Assembly: GCA_032718475.1 (NCBI GenBank)
Contig: JAUCBJ010006343.1
Coordinates: 1-36,595, forward strand
Direction of reading: 5' to 3'
DNA: 36,595 nt
From: Nemertoderma westbladi
Taxonomy: Eukaryota > Animalia > Xenacoelomorpha
Shown: positions 1 through 11,441 of the stretch, piece by piece
Layout: each line of letters opens with the position of its first letter
Position numbering within the stretch: position 1 is the stretch's first letter
The notes under the pieces: model-generated
What the model was told of the DNA's origin: nothing
The model's database searches: none
What the model saw: only the letters and a program-made list of their open reading frames with translations
Program-made: the position numbers and the translations under genes

Positions 1-119
1 CAATGATTCAATATTGGTACAACACTGCTGTGGGTAGGAGGGTTGGCTTTGTGGTACCCCCAAGGCCCCAAACCCGCAAATAACAGGGAGCTTGAGTGCA
101 GCCAGAGCACAAATTTTGG

Positions 120-900
120 TACCAAAATCTATAAACTATTAAGCGTTTCATAGCAATGCAAAAACTAAGAATTCACATCTTAAAACAGATTTAACAAGAA
201 GAATGCCATCAACTCAAAATTACACCTAGGAATTTTGCTTTTCGATGTTCACTCTCAAGTTTTCTGATTATCATGGCAACATGCAGCCATTATATGCATG
301 CCTATAATATCTAACTCTCTTGACTTCTTCCTCTGATCGTGTGGGCGGTCCAAAGCTGAAGTAGCTTTGCTATAGTGGAGGAGAACACAAAGTACCAGCA
401 GATTACTATATTTTTGCTAATCTGTGTGAAAATAAATTTATCAATATCTTTACTTTTTGGGTTTTTTAGTTGATTATTATCGATTTTGCTCAGTCATAAT
501 AATATCTTGTCATATCGTCTTGTTTTCGTACATACATAGTACTGTTTTCATTTCGGTTTCTGGGGAATACGCTTCTAGCTGGTTCTTTTGTTGTGGCTAT
601 TATTATATTCTGGTAGATAGAATCGGCGGACCAGTCTTCTTCATCCATTGACTGGAGTATCTCAAATCAGTTTTGAACTTCTAATGTGTAAAGATGAAAA
701 CCTCGACCTAGTAGTAGTAGTAAACATCAAAACATCCTTTACTGCAATATCATTTCTAAGTTTCTCAGCTGTCATACATAGTTGATTCGCTATCAACAAG
801 CATCAAAATGCATGCAGCCACGATACTGTAGTCCGAATCCGAACCAATACAATCAATACGGTGTTTGTTGATACAGTATCAATTCACATTCTTCCATGTT
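120..900 (-). mobile_element. Possible highly degenerate non-LTR retrotransposon remnant(s)
   Basis: Minus-strand fragments IGSDSDYSIVAACIL (~810-855; like the APE endonuclease C-terminal SDH motif) and KAKFLGVIL (~215-241; like an RT C-terminal motif), with many stops. Weak. Confidence 0.3.
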
Positions 901-909
901 GTATATGCT

Positions 910-1414
910 ATACACAAAGTGGGGCCTTCGCGCAGCACATTATATAAATGTATGTTTAGTGTCAACTCGAAAGAATTACCACCATAATATAAGCATATGT
1001 CCCCTAACAACGTTTACCCCCTAGCGGCAGACTGGGTACCTGTAGACGATTTAAGACCGCAGAAAAATGTGATGTAGAAGAAATAGAATGGAAAGACACA
1101 GCTAATATAGTCTAGTAAATATCTCACAAATTTTAGGTTGAAGGGATTAAACGCAAGGAAGTGGGAGGACATTTAATGTTTAGACATGTAGCCCTCTAGC
1201 AGCCAGGTAAATACTGAAACTGAACTGATCACGTCTGAAAGTCTCTCATAAATCTCCCTATTGAGGCCTAAAAATTGTCAACACGACAGCTCTAAATGCG
1301 ACAAAGTTATTAGTATGTCACAATCGCACGACAACAACTATTTGTTAAAATTAACCCACCCCCTAACAGTGCCAGTTAGGCTAAGGCTCTGCTACCTTCG
1401 TGGCTCGCCCCACA
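910..1414 (+). mobile_element. Non-autonomous repeat, Helentron-associated (HINE/DINE-1-like) type, copy 1
   Basis: Colinear with 30122-30615: 5' end ACACAAAGTGGGGCCTTCGCGCAGCAC, internal CATTTAATGTTTAGACATGT and GTCTGAAAGTCTCTCA, 3' end CTTCGTGGCTCGCCCCACA. The repeat is seen directly; the family is inferred. Confidence 0.75.
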
Positions 1415-3462
1415 CTCCACTTAAAGCTAGCCAGCCACCGCTATTGCAGGGAGGATCAGACTGTCCACGATCACGACATTGGAATATAGAAACCTCCTGG
1501 TGGGAAAACAATTACTTTACTTCTCTGATCGGACCGGACATACGGATATAGCGGGAGCTAGCGGTTTGCGGCGGCTCTGTTTTCCGGCTTTGCACCATTG
1601 ACTGCGGCAGATTAGATATTATAAAGAGATCATGAATTTGAATACAAATTTATTTATTAATGATGACATGAAAAAAAAACAATTCAAATAAATTTACGAT
1701 AAATATACGCACGGGGATTATAATAAAAAAATGTGCCGTTGAATATAATATTATATTATTTTTAAACAATGAAATATTAAACAAATACTAACAGTAGTTA
1801 ATTATAAAATTCATTTTTCACATTTAAAAATGATAAGTTATCGATAATTTTGATAGCAAATATATTTGCATACCAAAAAAAGAAATTGAACACCTAGAAT
1901 TTTCACATTATTTTTCAGTCTTAACTTTCAGAGCGTTACTGACAAGAAAAACTGAAATATATGCGTAAACATGAAAATGGTAATTAATTTATTATAACTA
2001 AATATTTATGGGGGGTAGCTAAGCTAGTCTAAACAACAAGCCACATGTGTTTCAGCACCATTGACACTACTTCTTTGCAGTATATTATTATCCTGTAATG
2101 TAATGGTAAAAATAAATGAGTTTTTTGACACTTTATGAAGAAGAATATGATATTATATTATAAAGGTTAAAAACCGTCGTTGAAATGAAAATAACAATAA
2201 AACGATCGCAATATTATACTATCTTGGGTTTTCCTCTTTAAGTTGTCGTCAATATTGTTGTTAATGCACGTTTTTTGTTAATAAACTAATGATTCGAATA
2301 ATTAGAATATATTTTGAGTAATATTAACAAATTGGATGAACAGATCATTAACATTAGAGGGTCTGCATCCATCATAGAGGATTCACAGTTAGTTGTAAGT
2401 AATAAAATATTTAGCACAAAAATATTGATTGTTTAAGAAGTGAATATATTAGGTATACATGTATTAAATACATTATGGAGTAATTCAGAAGATCTTGATC
2501 GACTAATTAATAAATTAAGCAGCGTTTAGCCGGTAATATATAATGTCGTTACTCATAGATAAATACCGAATTATACTGTAATACACCAAATCTACCCATC
2601 TACATCATTGGAAAAATGAGATGTAGATATGAAATTTAAGTATGGCGGAACAAGATATGGAGCTATAGCACCTGATAAAACGAGTGGAACATGAAAACAC
2701 TGAAATTATAAAAAACTCCATATTATTTTAATTATACAGTTAATAATACACAAGATAAAACACAAAATTATTATTTTGTGTTTCAAGGAAAAACGCTGAT
2801 TGTAACTATATTAGAAGCAGTCACATCGTATCTATCTCATATTTAATAGAAACTGCCAGAGCCGAGGTAGGTGGTAGTACAAGTTCCCTGCTGTGGTTCA
2901 TGCGGATAACTTATTAGGTACTATTACGATTGGGATTATAGTGGGTAACATTGGAGATACAACGGTAGTTTGGGAGTATCATGTTGCCTGCCATAAAGAC
3001 AGAATAACATGCAGCACATGCAGCCCCTAATAGTATCGGCCAGATGATGCAGCAATGTTCTAACTAAAACAGTTAACTTGTTTGGTTGAAATAATAAGAG
3101 TAATATAATGTTGCAGGATTCGAATGGAATTTTAATGAACTTAATATTTACAACTAATTAAATAAGAAGTTGCCATAATTTTTTGTTAACTTCTGTTAAG
3201 TCCGGATTGAGGCGTAGATTGGCATTTGGTGGGTCCGTATTTTACATCTATAGTAAATAATGCATATTAAATTGCATATTTAACTTTTTGTATGGAGTTA
3301 AATTCATAATTACAATTCAATTCATCGTAGACATGAGGTAGTCGCTTGTGATAATCATAGTGGCAAGTAAATAACCCAATGTGATCAGAGTATATGTCTA
3401 GTGGTAAGAGACTCTAATAGCAGTTGTTGGTATTCGGACAGAAGGGATTACCGAACGAACAG

Positions 3463-3525
3463 GATATCCGGACGGATAAGATATCCGGACGGATAAGATA
3501 TCCGGACGGATAAGATATCCGGACG
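3463..3525. repeat. 17-bp minisatellite (GATATCCGGACGGATAA) x3.7
   Basis: Perfect units at 3463, 3480 and 3497, partial at 3514. Followed by ATCTGGTGCAACTA, which resembles a degenerate hAT MITE end. Confidence 0.85.
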
Positions 3526-3828
3526 TATCGGTTATCTGGTGCAACTAGAATTATTAGGTTAGCATAATAATTATATATTATATAATATAATAATATAAAT
3601 ATACCAAGATGAATTTCTAAGAATTGTTATTATAATATAAGGCAGTTTCTACGTGATAAACAAGAAAATATAAGTTGCACATTTGTAATATAAAGCATAA
3701 AATATTAATCGTAAAACTAGGAGAAAAAACTAAGTAATTAATATCTTTTAGAAGATAAAAAAGATACTAATTACTTAGACTCCATCTGTATCTCATTATA
3801 TTCTAGTAATTGTTGTCCTATTGATGTG

Positions 3829-5256
3829 TTAGACGAGCGCGATGTCGCCCCATTCGTCCTCAACATCTGAGTCACTGAGATCGCCGTCCAACTCATCGGT
3901 GTCGGAAGCGGCCGTGTCGGTCACCGGACAGGTTAATCTGTGCAGCCTGGACTCGGGGCTGTTGTGATGGCAACCGACGGGGAGAGTCTTAGCGGAGTGT
4001 TGCGGTGGTTGGGGGCTGGTAGTGCGAGGTAGGGAGAGGGGGGCGGTTGCGCGGGAAGCGAGCGGGCGGGGTGGAGGGGGGCGGCGCAATCGCCGGGGGG
4101 ACGATGGGGAGGCTTTACGTAACGGGGGAGGTGGCGGGGGCCGTCGGGGCACCACGGGGGCCTCCAACGACTGGGAGCGATCCACCGTTACAGACGTCTG
4201 ATAGACCCGTTGGAAATAAATCCTGACGGCCAAGTCGTTAGGACACAACTTATTTCCTTTGTCTTTATTGGCTTTATCCAACTGGTCCTTCGATAAAGTG
4301 AGACTCAGATACTTATCGCTCCCGTCGTCCAGGTCGCCTAGACAACTGCGATACTTGGGGGAATCTCCCGACGGCGATGCCGTTACGGGCCGCAGGTTGT
4401 TCCCAATAAAGAACGAATTGAAATAAAAGTGGAAGAGTTTGTCTTTCTTGGGAAGTTTTTTGTTGGAGACGTCGAGTTTAACGTCATCGTGAATAAGCAA
4501 GGGGTTTACGAAGTTGGAAACGAGGCAATTGTCGCTGAAGAAATGCTCGTAGGGAAGACTCGGGTAGAGTTTATTCCCAGAGATGGAAGACATAGAGAAT
4601 GATAGAGTGTATGAGTAGGCAGTGAGAGACTGGGACTCTAAGTGCACCGAGACCAGGTACAAAGGGGTCGTTTTGTATTGAAGCTCATTCATCGGGTTTA
4701 TTAACATCCCGTAGTATTCTACGTAACGACGTTGACTCGGAATTGTAACTCCTTTACTGTTTGTGGTTCGCGCGTCGCCGTAATACGCTAACGCCTCTAG
4801 TGCATTGACGCAGGATCCCGAGTACAGTAGGTAAGCGCATATAATGACGCCGGTTCGACCCTTACCAGCCTTGCAGTGGATGACGGCGACGTTCTCGGGG
4901 TTCGTCGCCAGCCACTGTCCGATATCCCGGACTGCCGCGGCTATGCAAGCCAACGACGGAGGGCAGTGGTCGTCGAACGGGAAGGAGGATATTCGGTTGT
5001 GGAACTTAGATGCGTCGTATTGCCGCTCCGAACACAGGTTGTATATCTTGTACCGGTCCGGGTGTTTCTTCTCGAGAAACCGGATGACATCATCGATGTT
5101 GTTTCGGTAGACGCCTTCTAGTTTGTCTGCTGGGAAACCCATCGCTATAATGTTGTGGCGGATATAACTGAGGTCAAGATCAAACCCATCGTTTCTGTAG
5201 CGTCGTTTGTTTTTAGAAACGGCGCTTTTAAGTGGGTTTACAAATATTCTCGCCAT
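3829..5256 (-). CDS. PTEN: Phosphatidylinositol-3,4,5-trisphosphate 3-phosphatase PTEN, 475 aa, intronless CDS
   Basis: VSKNKRRYRNDGFDLDLSYI N-terminus, IAMGFPA..LEGVYRNNI, FPFDDHCPP acid loop, intact P-loop HCKAGKGRTG, KGVTIPSQRRYV, C2 domain (KKDKLFHFYFNSFF, LDKANKDK), Pro-rich/acidic tail ending IALV. Confidence 0.97.
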   Translation of the reverse strand: MARIFVNPLKSAVSKNKRRYRNDGFDLDLSYIRHNIIAMGFPADKLEGVYRNNIDDVIRFLEKKHPDRYKIYNLCSERQYDASKFHNRISSFPFDDHCPPSLACIAAAVRDIGQWLATNPENVAVIHCKAGKGRTGVIICAYLLYSGSCVNALEALAYYGDARTTNSKGVTIPSQRRYVEYYGMLINPMNELQYKTTPLYLVSVHLESQSLTAYSYTLSFSMSSISGNKLYPSLPYEHFFSDNCLVSNFVNPLLIHDDVKLDVSNKKLPKKDKLFHFYFNSFFIGNNLRPVTASPSGDSPKYRSCLGDLDDGSDKYLSLTLSKDQLDKANKDKGNKLCPNDLAVRIYFQRVYQTSVTVDRSQSLEAPVVPRRPPPPPPLRKASPSSPRRLRRPPPPRPLASRATAPLSLPRTTSPQPPQHSAKTLPVGCHHNSPESRLHRLTCPVTDTAASDTDELDGDLSDSDVEDEWGDIALV

Positions 5257-5397
5257 TGATTATTTTATTGAGCAAGTAAAATCGTAGATTCAGTTTATCT
5301 GCTTAAGTAATGTCTGAATGTTTGGGAGAATTTTACTGGTTAGAGGTACTAATATACCGTATATATATATACTGCGCATAGCATAGTAACGGCATAT

Positions 5398-5690
5398 CTG
5401 AGAAGCAGAAATTGAAATTAAATTTTATTAAGAATGCAAAATTAGTTAAGTAAAATAATAATAGTCAATAGTCAAGATAAGTAAAACATAGAAGACATGT
5501 GACATGATATTTATTATATAATATATTAATAAATAATAAATATATAATACTGCTGTAATATAAAATATAATAATATATATAATATATAAATAAAATATAT
5601 ATATAAATAAATATAATAAATCATATATAATAATCTAATTACAACTGAACTAACTGACTAAAGGCTACCTTCTACAGTACCGGTACTTAC
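5398..5690 (-). other. Putative 5'-UTR intron of PTEN
   Basis: Minus-strand donor GTAAGT at 5690, very AT-rich body, pyrimidine tract and acceptor TTTCAATTTCTGCTTCTCAG ending at 5398, 142 nt upstream of the ATG. Confidence 0.5.
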
Positions 5691-6163
5691 TACTTTACGT
5701 AAACGTACCCTGGTCATAAAACGTACCGGTACCCGAATACAAGGTACGTTTTAAAAATGATGCATTGGGTAAGTTTTGGTAGTACAAAAATAAATAGCAT
5801 TAAGTGTGTCAGTGTAAGTAAGTGTTAGTCTATCTCTACAGCTCTATATGATGGGATGAGTATTTTCTTCATAGAATGTTGTTAAATTCCAAAAAATCGA
5901 TAAAACGAAAATGAACATTTTTGAAATTTTTAAAATACCTGTCAGCCTGTCTACCACAGCGGAAAAACTTCCAACTTTGGTAACTTCTAGTTTTTAGTAA
6001 TTTGTTTCAAATTTACTGGTTTATCAAAATATATTGTTGCATTTTTAAATAAATTATCTATTTTAAATTATTATATTGCATAACGTAATGATTAAAATCA
6101 TTAACGTTTTTCATATGTCTTGTGTTGGTTGCTATTATTATTAGTATTTGTCGGTACGAATTA

Positions 6164-6446
6164 CCGCAAAAGACCGCAAAAGACCAAAAAAGACCGCAAA
6201 AGACCACAAAAGACCGCAAAATACCACAAAAGACCGCAAAAGACCACAAAAGACCGCAAAAAACCACAAAAGACCGCAAAAAACCACAAAAGACCGCAAA
6301 AGACTGCAAAAGACCACAAAAGAACAGAGAAGGCATGGATATACTGCAAGACGAATTACCGCAAAAGACCGCAAAAGACCACAAAAGACCGCAAAAGACA
6401 GCAAAAGACCCAAAAGACAGCAAAAGACTGCAAAAGACCACAAAAG
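6164..6446 (+). repeat. 10-bp tandem repeat (CCRCAAAAGA)n in the left arm, two blocks
   Basis: CCGCAAAAGA/CCACAAAAGA units; both blocks start with ACGAATTACC and are separated by AACAGAGAAGGCATGGATATACTGCAAG. Confidence 0.95.
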
Positions 6447-6994
6447 AGCACCAAGAAGTGAAAATTTAGTATTAGCGAGTGTCAGGCGCAGTCAGGCAGT
6501 CAGGTCAATGTATAGAAGTTTTGTAGACCTACATTATGAATCAGACTGTCTGATCTGAAATTATTATACAGTACATTGTCATAATGTATTAATTAGATTT
6601 TGATACAGTTCAACAATTATTTCACAACTTATTATTGTTTTAGGTTTGCTGGATGGAAATGTGGGAAGGTGGATGGGAATGTGAATGTGGGAATCAATAA
6701 ACGCTGTTGTTACCTACCAATTTAAGGAAAGGAGCAGGTTACAGCGGCAGCATTCTAACCAAAACAATAAACTATGTTGTTAACGGTACCAACCACAGTA
6801 CAAATTGAGGGAAAGTAGCAGAGGATCGGACAGCCACAGCACAATGATCGGTGAACAAAACAAGCCCAAAACAAACAAGCCAATCAAAGAAGACAATGAG
6901 CGAGATGGCAAAATAGGCCCCTACAAAATATTGTAGTTAAAAAGTACTGTAAAAGTTTGGTATGGTATGGTCAATGGTCATTATGTGATTACGG

Positions 6995-7140
6995 GTCTGC
7001 CAAACACCCAACTTTCACCCAACTCAGCAACTACACCCCACTTCCGCCCAACTACACAACTTTCACCCAACTACACCAACTTCAACCCAACTGTATCCAA
7101 CTTACACCAAACTATACTGTATAGCACCCAACTTCCACAA
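6995..7140 (+). repeat. Degenerate 10-11 bp repeat (CACCCAACTT-like)
   Basis: About a dozen CCAACT/CAACT cores spaced ~10-11 bp apart, just inside the left arm. Confidence 0.7.
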
Positions 7141-7290
7141 ATTATAATAATGTACAGTAACAAACTCTGAACTTCTTTCAGGAGTTGCTGAGATATGAGC
7201 TTTTTAAAAGCTTCATGTACTGTATTTTGCACCCACTGCTGAGCAATTTATGAAAATACTGTAACAAACTAACGTTTATATTTATTGCAG

Positions 7291-7536
7291 GTTGGTTCTA
7301 GAATAATTGATGAATTTAACAATAAATATACAAAGGAGAGACCGAGACTATTGGCGAACGATCCAGATACCTACAGATGTCTACAGTACATATACCATAC
7401 TCACCAAAATCCCAACCTAATGAAGCTACATGTACAAACTAAACTGGCGCTGTGGGATTGCGGTGGAAATGAAAACGGTATTGATATACAGGAGGGTCAC
7501 ACTGTTAACGACGAAATCGCATTGGAAACTTTTGTT
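7291..7536 (+). other. Possible exon of an unidentified, probably decayed gene in the foldback core
   Basis: Open frame (VGSRIIDEFNNKYTKERPRLL...) bounded by a CTAAC..TTATTGCAG acceptor at 7290 and a GTAAGG donor at 7537; 246 nt. No recognisable domain. Confidence 0.3.
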
Positions 7537-8062
7537 GTAAGGAATGACAATGTTTATAATAAGTACAAATTTAATGGACATAATTTCTATATTATACAGT
7601 ACTGTATGTTTAATGCAATTATAATAATGTAATTATCCTTTATGTATCATAGAATACAAGAAAAAAACTAAGCAGCTTTATTTTAAAAATCATGGCCTTT
7701 ATATTAATTAATAATAATTTATAACAAAACAACAGAAAGAATTTTATAACTTTTTACATTTTTGATAAACTAAAATGGGATCTGTACAGATCAAGAGAAA
7801 TTCTGCAAAGAACTTATGATTCACTTCTTATTATCATTACTTCTTATTCTTTCTTATTATTATCATTCTTATTATGATTCACGTATACAGGCAATGCCAG
7901 AATGGACAAGATCTTTACGAGAATCGATAAGATCGTTATACAGTACAGATCTTAGTGGAACTAATAATTCATCACACTAAGGTAGAGAGAATTGTGTACG
8001 TTGATCAATGTAATCATATAGACGCGGCCTGTGGTCTCTAGTACATACAGTATATGTACAGT

Positions 8063-8569
8063 CAGTGGCGGTTCTAGGGGGGGGGGGCAAGGGGGCATTT
8101 GCCCCTCCCCAGGTATCTTGGGGGGGGGGGGGGCTTGCCCCCTCCCTAGCGAAAGGTAATGTGGCAAATCCGTACCAGTGGGTACCGACTTTTGCTCGAA
8201 AACAGACCTCTCTGAGAAAAGACTTCTATTTTTTTTTCAAAATTTAGTTACTACCCGGCGGTCTCCATTATAAAACACTGATAATTTTGTAAAATTCTGG
8301 AACTTTGGGAATTCGGGTTACCACCAGCTGACGGCTGCGACCCTTCCATTAACTAAATAATTAGAGTAGACGCGGGTTTAGACAAAGTTGTTGTTAGGAA
8401 TGTTTTTTTTTGAACGATTTAAAGCTGGCGTTTATAAACTTGTCCAGATCGGACTCCACTGCTTGCGTGGAGCCATTTACAAGTCCGAAAAATTGACCTC
8501 AGCAAATTAAATATTTTGCCCCACCCCCCCCCCCCCCCCCCCCCAAACAAAATCCTAGAACCGCCCCTG
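8063..8569. mobile_element. hAT-type MITE, 507 bp
   Basis: TIRs CAGTGGCGGTTCTAGG / CCTAGAACCGCCCCTG (16 bp, 1 mismatch); perfect 8-bp TSD TGTACAGT (8055-8062, 8570-8577); subterminal poly-G/poly-C. Confidence 0.92.
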
Positions 8570-8784
8570 TGTACAGTAGGATATACCAATATTCCAAAAG
8601 TTCGAGAGGTATTTGCCCGTAACTTTCTAAAATATTGGAACTTTTTCTCCAGTACGCCCATACAACATTTTGTTGAAAATGGTTAAAATCTTCAAAAGTT
8701 ATTTACGAATGTATTTTTCATTAAAGACAGATGGACAGACAGAAAGACGGACGCACGTACATGAAATTTTGCCCTATTTACTAA

Positions 8785-9050
8785 TTATTGTTTTGGTTAG
8801 AAAAGCCTGCCTCTGTAACCTGCTCCTATCCCTCAATTGGTAACAATATCGTTTATTGTTTTGGTTAGAAAAGCCCGCCTCTGTAACCTGCTCCTTTCCC
8901 TCTATTGGTAGGTAAAAATAACGTCATTCCCATCTTCCCACATTCCGATCTCCCTACATTCCCATCTTCCTACATTCCCATCTACCTTCCTACATTCCCA
9001 TCTTCCCATCCACCTTCCTACCCTCCCACCGACCGAGCCACCTACCCACC
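8785..9050 (-). repeat. Dispersed repeat (GGTTAGAAAAGCC..TGTAACCTGCTCCTTTCC), tandem pair plus CCCATCTTCC tract
   Basis: Related motif in both foldback arms (~6650-6771, ~9907-10030) and at 35622-35785. Confidence 0.75.
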
Positions 9051-9641
9051 TCTTTAAACAAAGGTTGACCTATTTTATTTCGACTTTCCTGGGCACTCTG
9101 GGAAAGTTCACATTGGCCTAAAAACAAGTATTTTTTTTTAATTATAGAGACATAAATTCAGGCACTATAAATTCAAATATTCAAGCACTTTGTGTTTCCC
9201 TGTATGGGTTGTACATATCTTAGTTTACATATACTGTATGTCGCTGTATATTGGACTTCTTGGGTCTTAAGTTAACCCTATACTGGGCTCCCTGATACAG
9301 TATTAAAGGTAAGAAAATACAAAGTACAGTACTAAATTTGTATAACATTCGAATAATGAATTTATCTATCATGTGTCATGTATGTTAATGTGTCCAGATG
9401 TTGTGTTAAAGCCAGTGTGTTCTTCGCATATTTAACATTATAGCCTATGCCTATGGGGAGTATTGTTTTTATAAGATAAGTCAGGGGAAGGGAAATACAA
9501 CTCAACGGCAAAGCGGCTCTCTTTACTACTTTCAGCTATCCCGGGAGGTTGATTGACAGGCATTTCTAAGCTTTGATATTTAGCCGCTCTAGGTAGACTT
9601 GCATTAGGCAAATTCCAAGTGATTTCCTAAAGGTTATTTTA

Positions 9642-9700
9642 TTCCTATTATGAACCTAATAGGATCCTATTAGGAGCCTAATATGATCCTATTAGGTCAT
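9642..9700. repeat. Alternating-orientation CCTAATAGG/CCTATTAGG repeats (~11-bp period)
   Basis: TTCCTATTATGAACCTAATAGGATCCTATTAGGAGCCTAATATGATCCTATTAGG, just inside the right arm. Confidence 0.7.
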
Positions 9701-10236
9701 ATTTAGATATTAGATCATACCAAACTTTTACAGTACTTTTTAACTACAATATTTTGTTTTTTGCCTTCTCTCTCATTGTCTTCTTTGTTTTTATTGGCTT
9801 GTTTGTTTTGGGCTTGTTTTGTTCATCGATCATTGTGCTGTGGCTGTCCGATCCTCTGCTACTTTCCCTCAATTTGTACTGTGGTTGGTGCTGTTAACAA
9901 CATAGTTTATTGTTTTGGTTAGAATGCTGCCGCTGTAACCTGCTCCTTTCCTTAAATTGGTAGGTAACAACAGCGTTTATTGATTCCCACATTCACATTC
10001 CCATCCACCTTCCCACATTTCCATCCAGCAAACCTAAAACAATAATAAGTTGTGAAATAATTGTTGAACTGTATCAAAATCTAATTAATACATTATGACA
10101 ATGTACTGTATATGTATAATAATTTCAGATCAGACAGTCTGATTCATAATGTAGGTCTACAAAACTTCTATACATTGACCTGACTGCCTGACTGCGCCTG
10201 ACACTCGCTAATACTAAATTTTCACTTCTTGGTGCT

Positions 10237-10520
10237 CTTTTGTGGTCTTTTGCATTCTTTTGCTGTCTTTTGCGGTCTTTTGCTGTCTTTTGCGGTCTTT
10301 TGTGGTCTTTTGCGGTAATTCGTCTTGCAGTATATCCATGCCTTCTCTGTTCTTTTGTGGTCTTTTGCAGTCTTTTGCGGTCTTTTGTGGTTTTTTGCGG
10401 TCTTTTGTGGTTTTTTGCGGTCTTTTGTGGTTTTTTGCGGTCTTTTGTGGTCTTTTGCGGTCTTTTGTGGTCTTTTGCGGTATTTTGCGGTCTTTTTTGG
10501 TCTTTTGCGGTCTTTTGCGG
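10237..10520 (-). repeat. 10-bp tandem repeat in the right arm (reverse complement of 6164-6446)
   Basis: TCTTTTGCGG/TCTTTTGTGG units with the same spacer; unit order differs slightly from the left arm. Confidence 0.95.
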
Positions 10521-10692
10521 TAATTCGTAGGACCCATTTGGGATCTATCTATCTATGTGGCGGGCTGGAGGGCCTTGTTTGTCCACAAAATGGCTTGGCC
10601 GCACGAGCATTTAATGAAACACTGTGAAACAGGTATCGAATGAAATGTTCTCTAGTTGGTGAAAAAAAAAGTTTGAAAATCTTAGACCAAAG

Positions 10693-11441
10693 TAGGGCTC
10701 GATCGGAGTTGGGATTTGGCCGGAGCCGGAGTTGGACAATTTGGCCGGAGCCGGAGCAGGAGCCGGAGTTTTTCAAAAATTTTAAAAATTTAATTATTTA
10801 TTAAAAAAAAATAAAGTATGGTTATCGTTCGCCAATCGCTCATAATCAATCAGACTGTAGGTCTAATTTACTACAATTTACTTGGCTAGATTTACAGATT
10901 TACGAATTTTCAATTTAAAATTTAAGTAATTAATTTATCACGGACAGACGGCCTGACGCTGACAGCTAAAAATTACCTACAGTACCTAACTCACTAACTG
11001 TGGTAGAGGTGTGTACTGTCTGACTGTAGGTAGCCTACCGTACGTGTACCAGTCTGCCAGTACTGCAGTACAGTATGCTGGCGGCATGACAGCAGTAAAT
11101 GGCTGCAGTGGTACAGCTACAGTGTACATTCATATCATAGCATTTACATTTTTTTACAGTACCGGTAGGGCCTATCTGTAATAGTCTGCTAGTCAGCCAG
11201 CTGGCCAGTACCAGTACTACAGTACCGGTATTATGCTTGATATTCAGATATTGAAGCTGTACTACAGTACAAACTTCAGTACTTATAGTGTAAATAATTG
11301 TTCAGATTAGAATATGCACGAAATATAATACTTTATTAAAAAATTAACTCCGGCAATATTTTTACCGGAGCCGGAGCAGGAGCCGGAGGTGCCAAAATGG
11401 CCGGAGCCGGAGCCGGAGGCCGGAGCTCCGATCGAGCCCTA
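10693..11441. mobile_element. hAT (Ac-like) MITE, 749 bp
   Basis: Perfect 16-bp TIRs TAGGGCTCGATCGGAG / CTCCGATCGAGCCCTA; perfect 8-bp TSD GACCAAAG (10685-10692, 11442-11449); subterminal CCGGAG hexamer arrays. Confidence 0.95.

Larger units (their letters stand above)
6155..10529. mobile_element. Foldback-like element (or inverted duplication) with ~810-bp inverted arms and 2.75-kb core
   Basis: 6155-6964 is a near-identical reverse complement of 9716-10529. Termini TACGAATTACC...GGTAATTCGTA; identity stops abruptly at both outer and inner edges. Confidence 0.8.

Noticed and set aside
6058-6558. Overlapping Lys/Arg-rich and Phe/Cys-rich ORFs (also 10214-10627)
   Set aside because: Artefacts of the stop-free 10-bp repeat, open in all frames.
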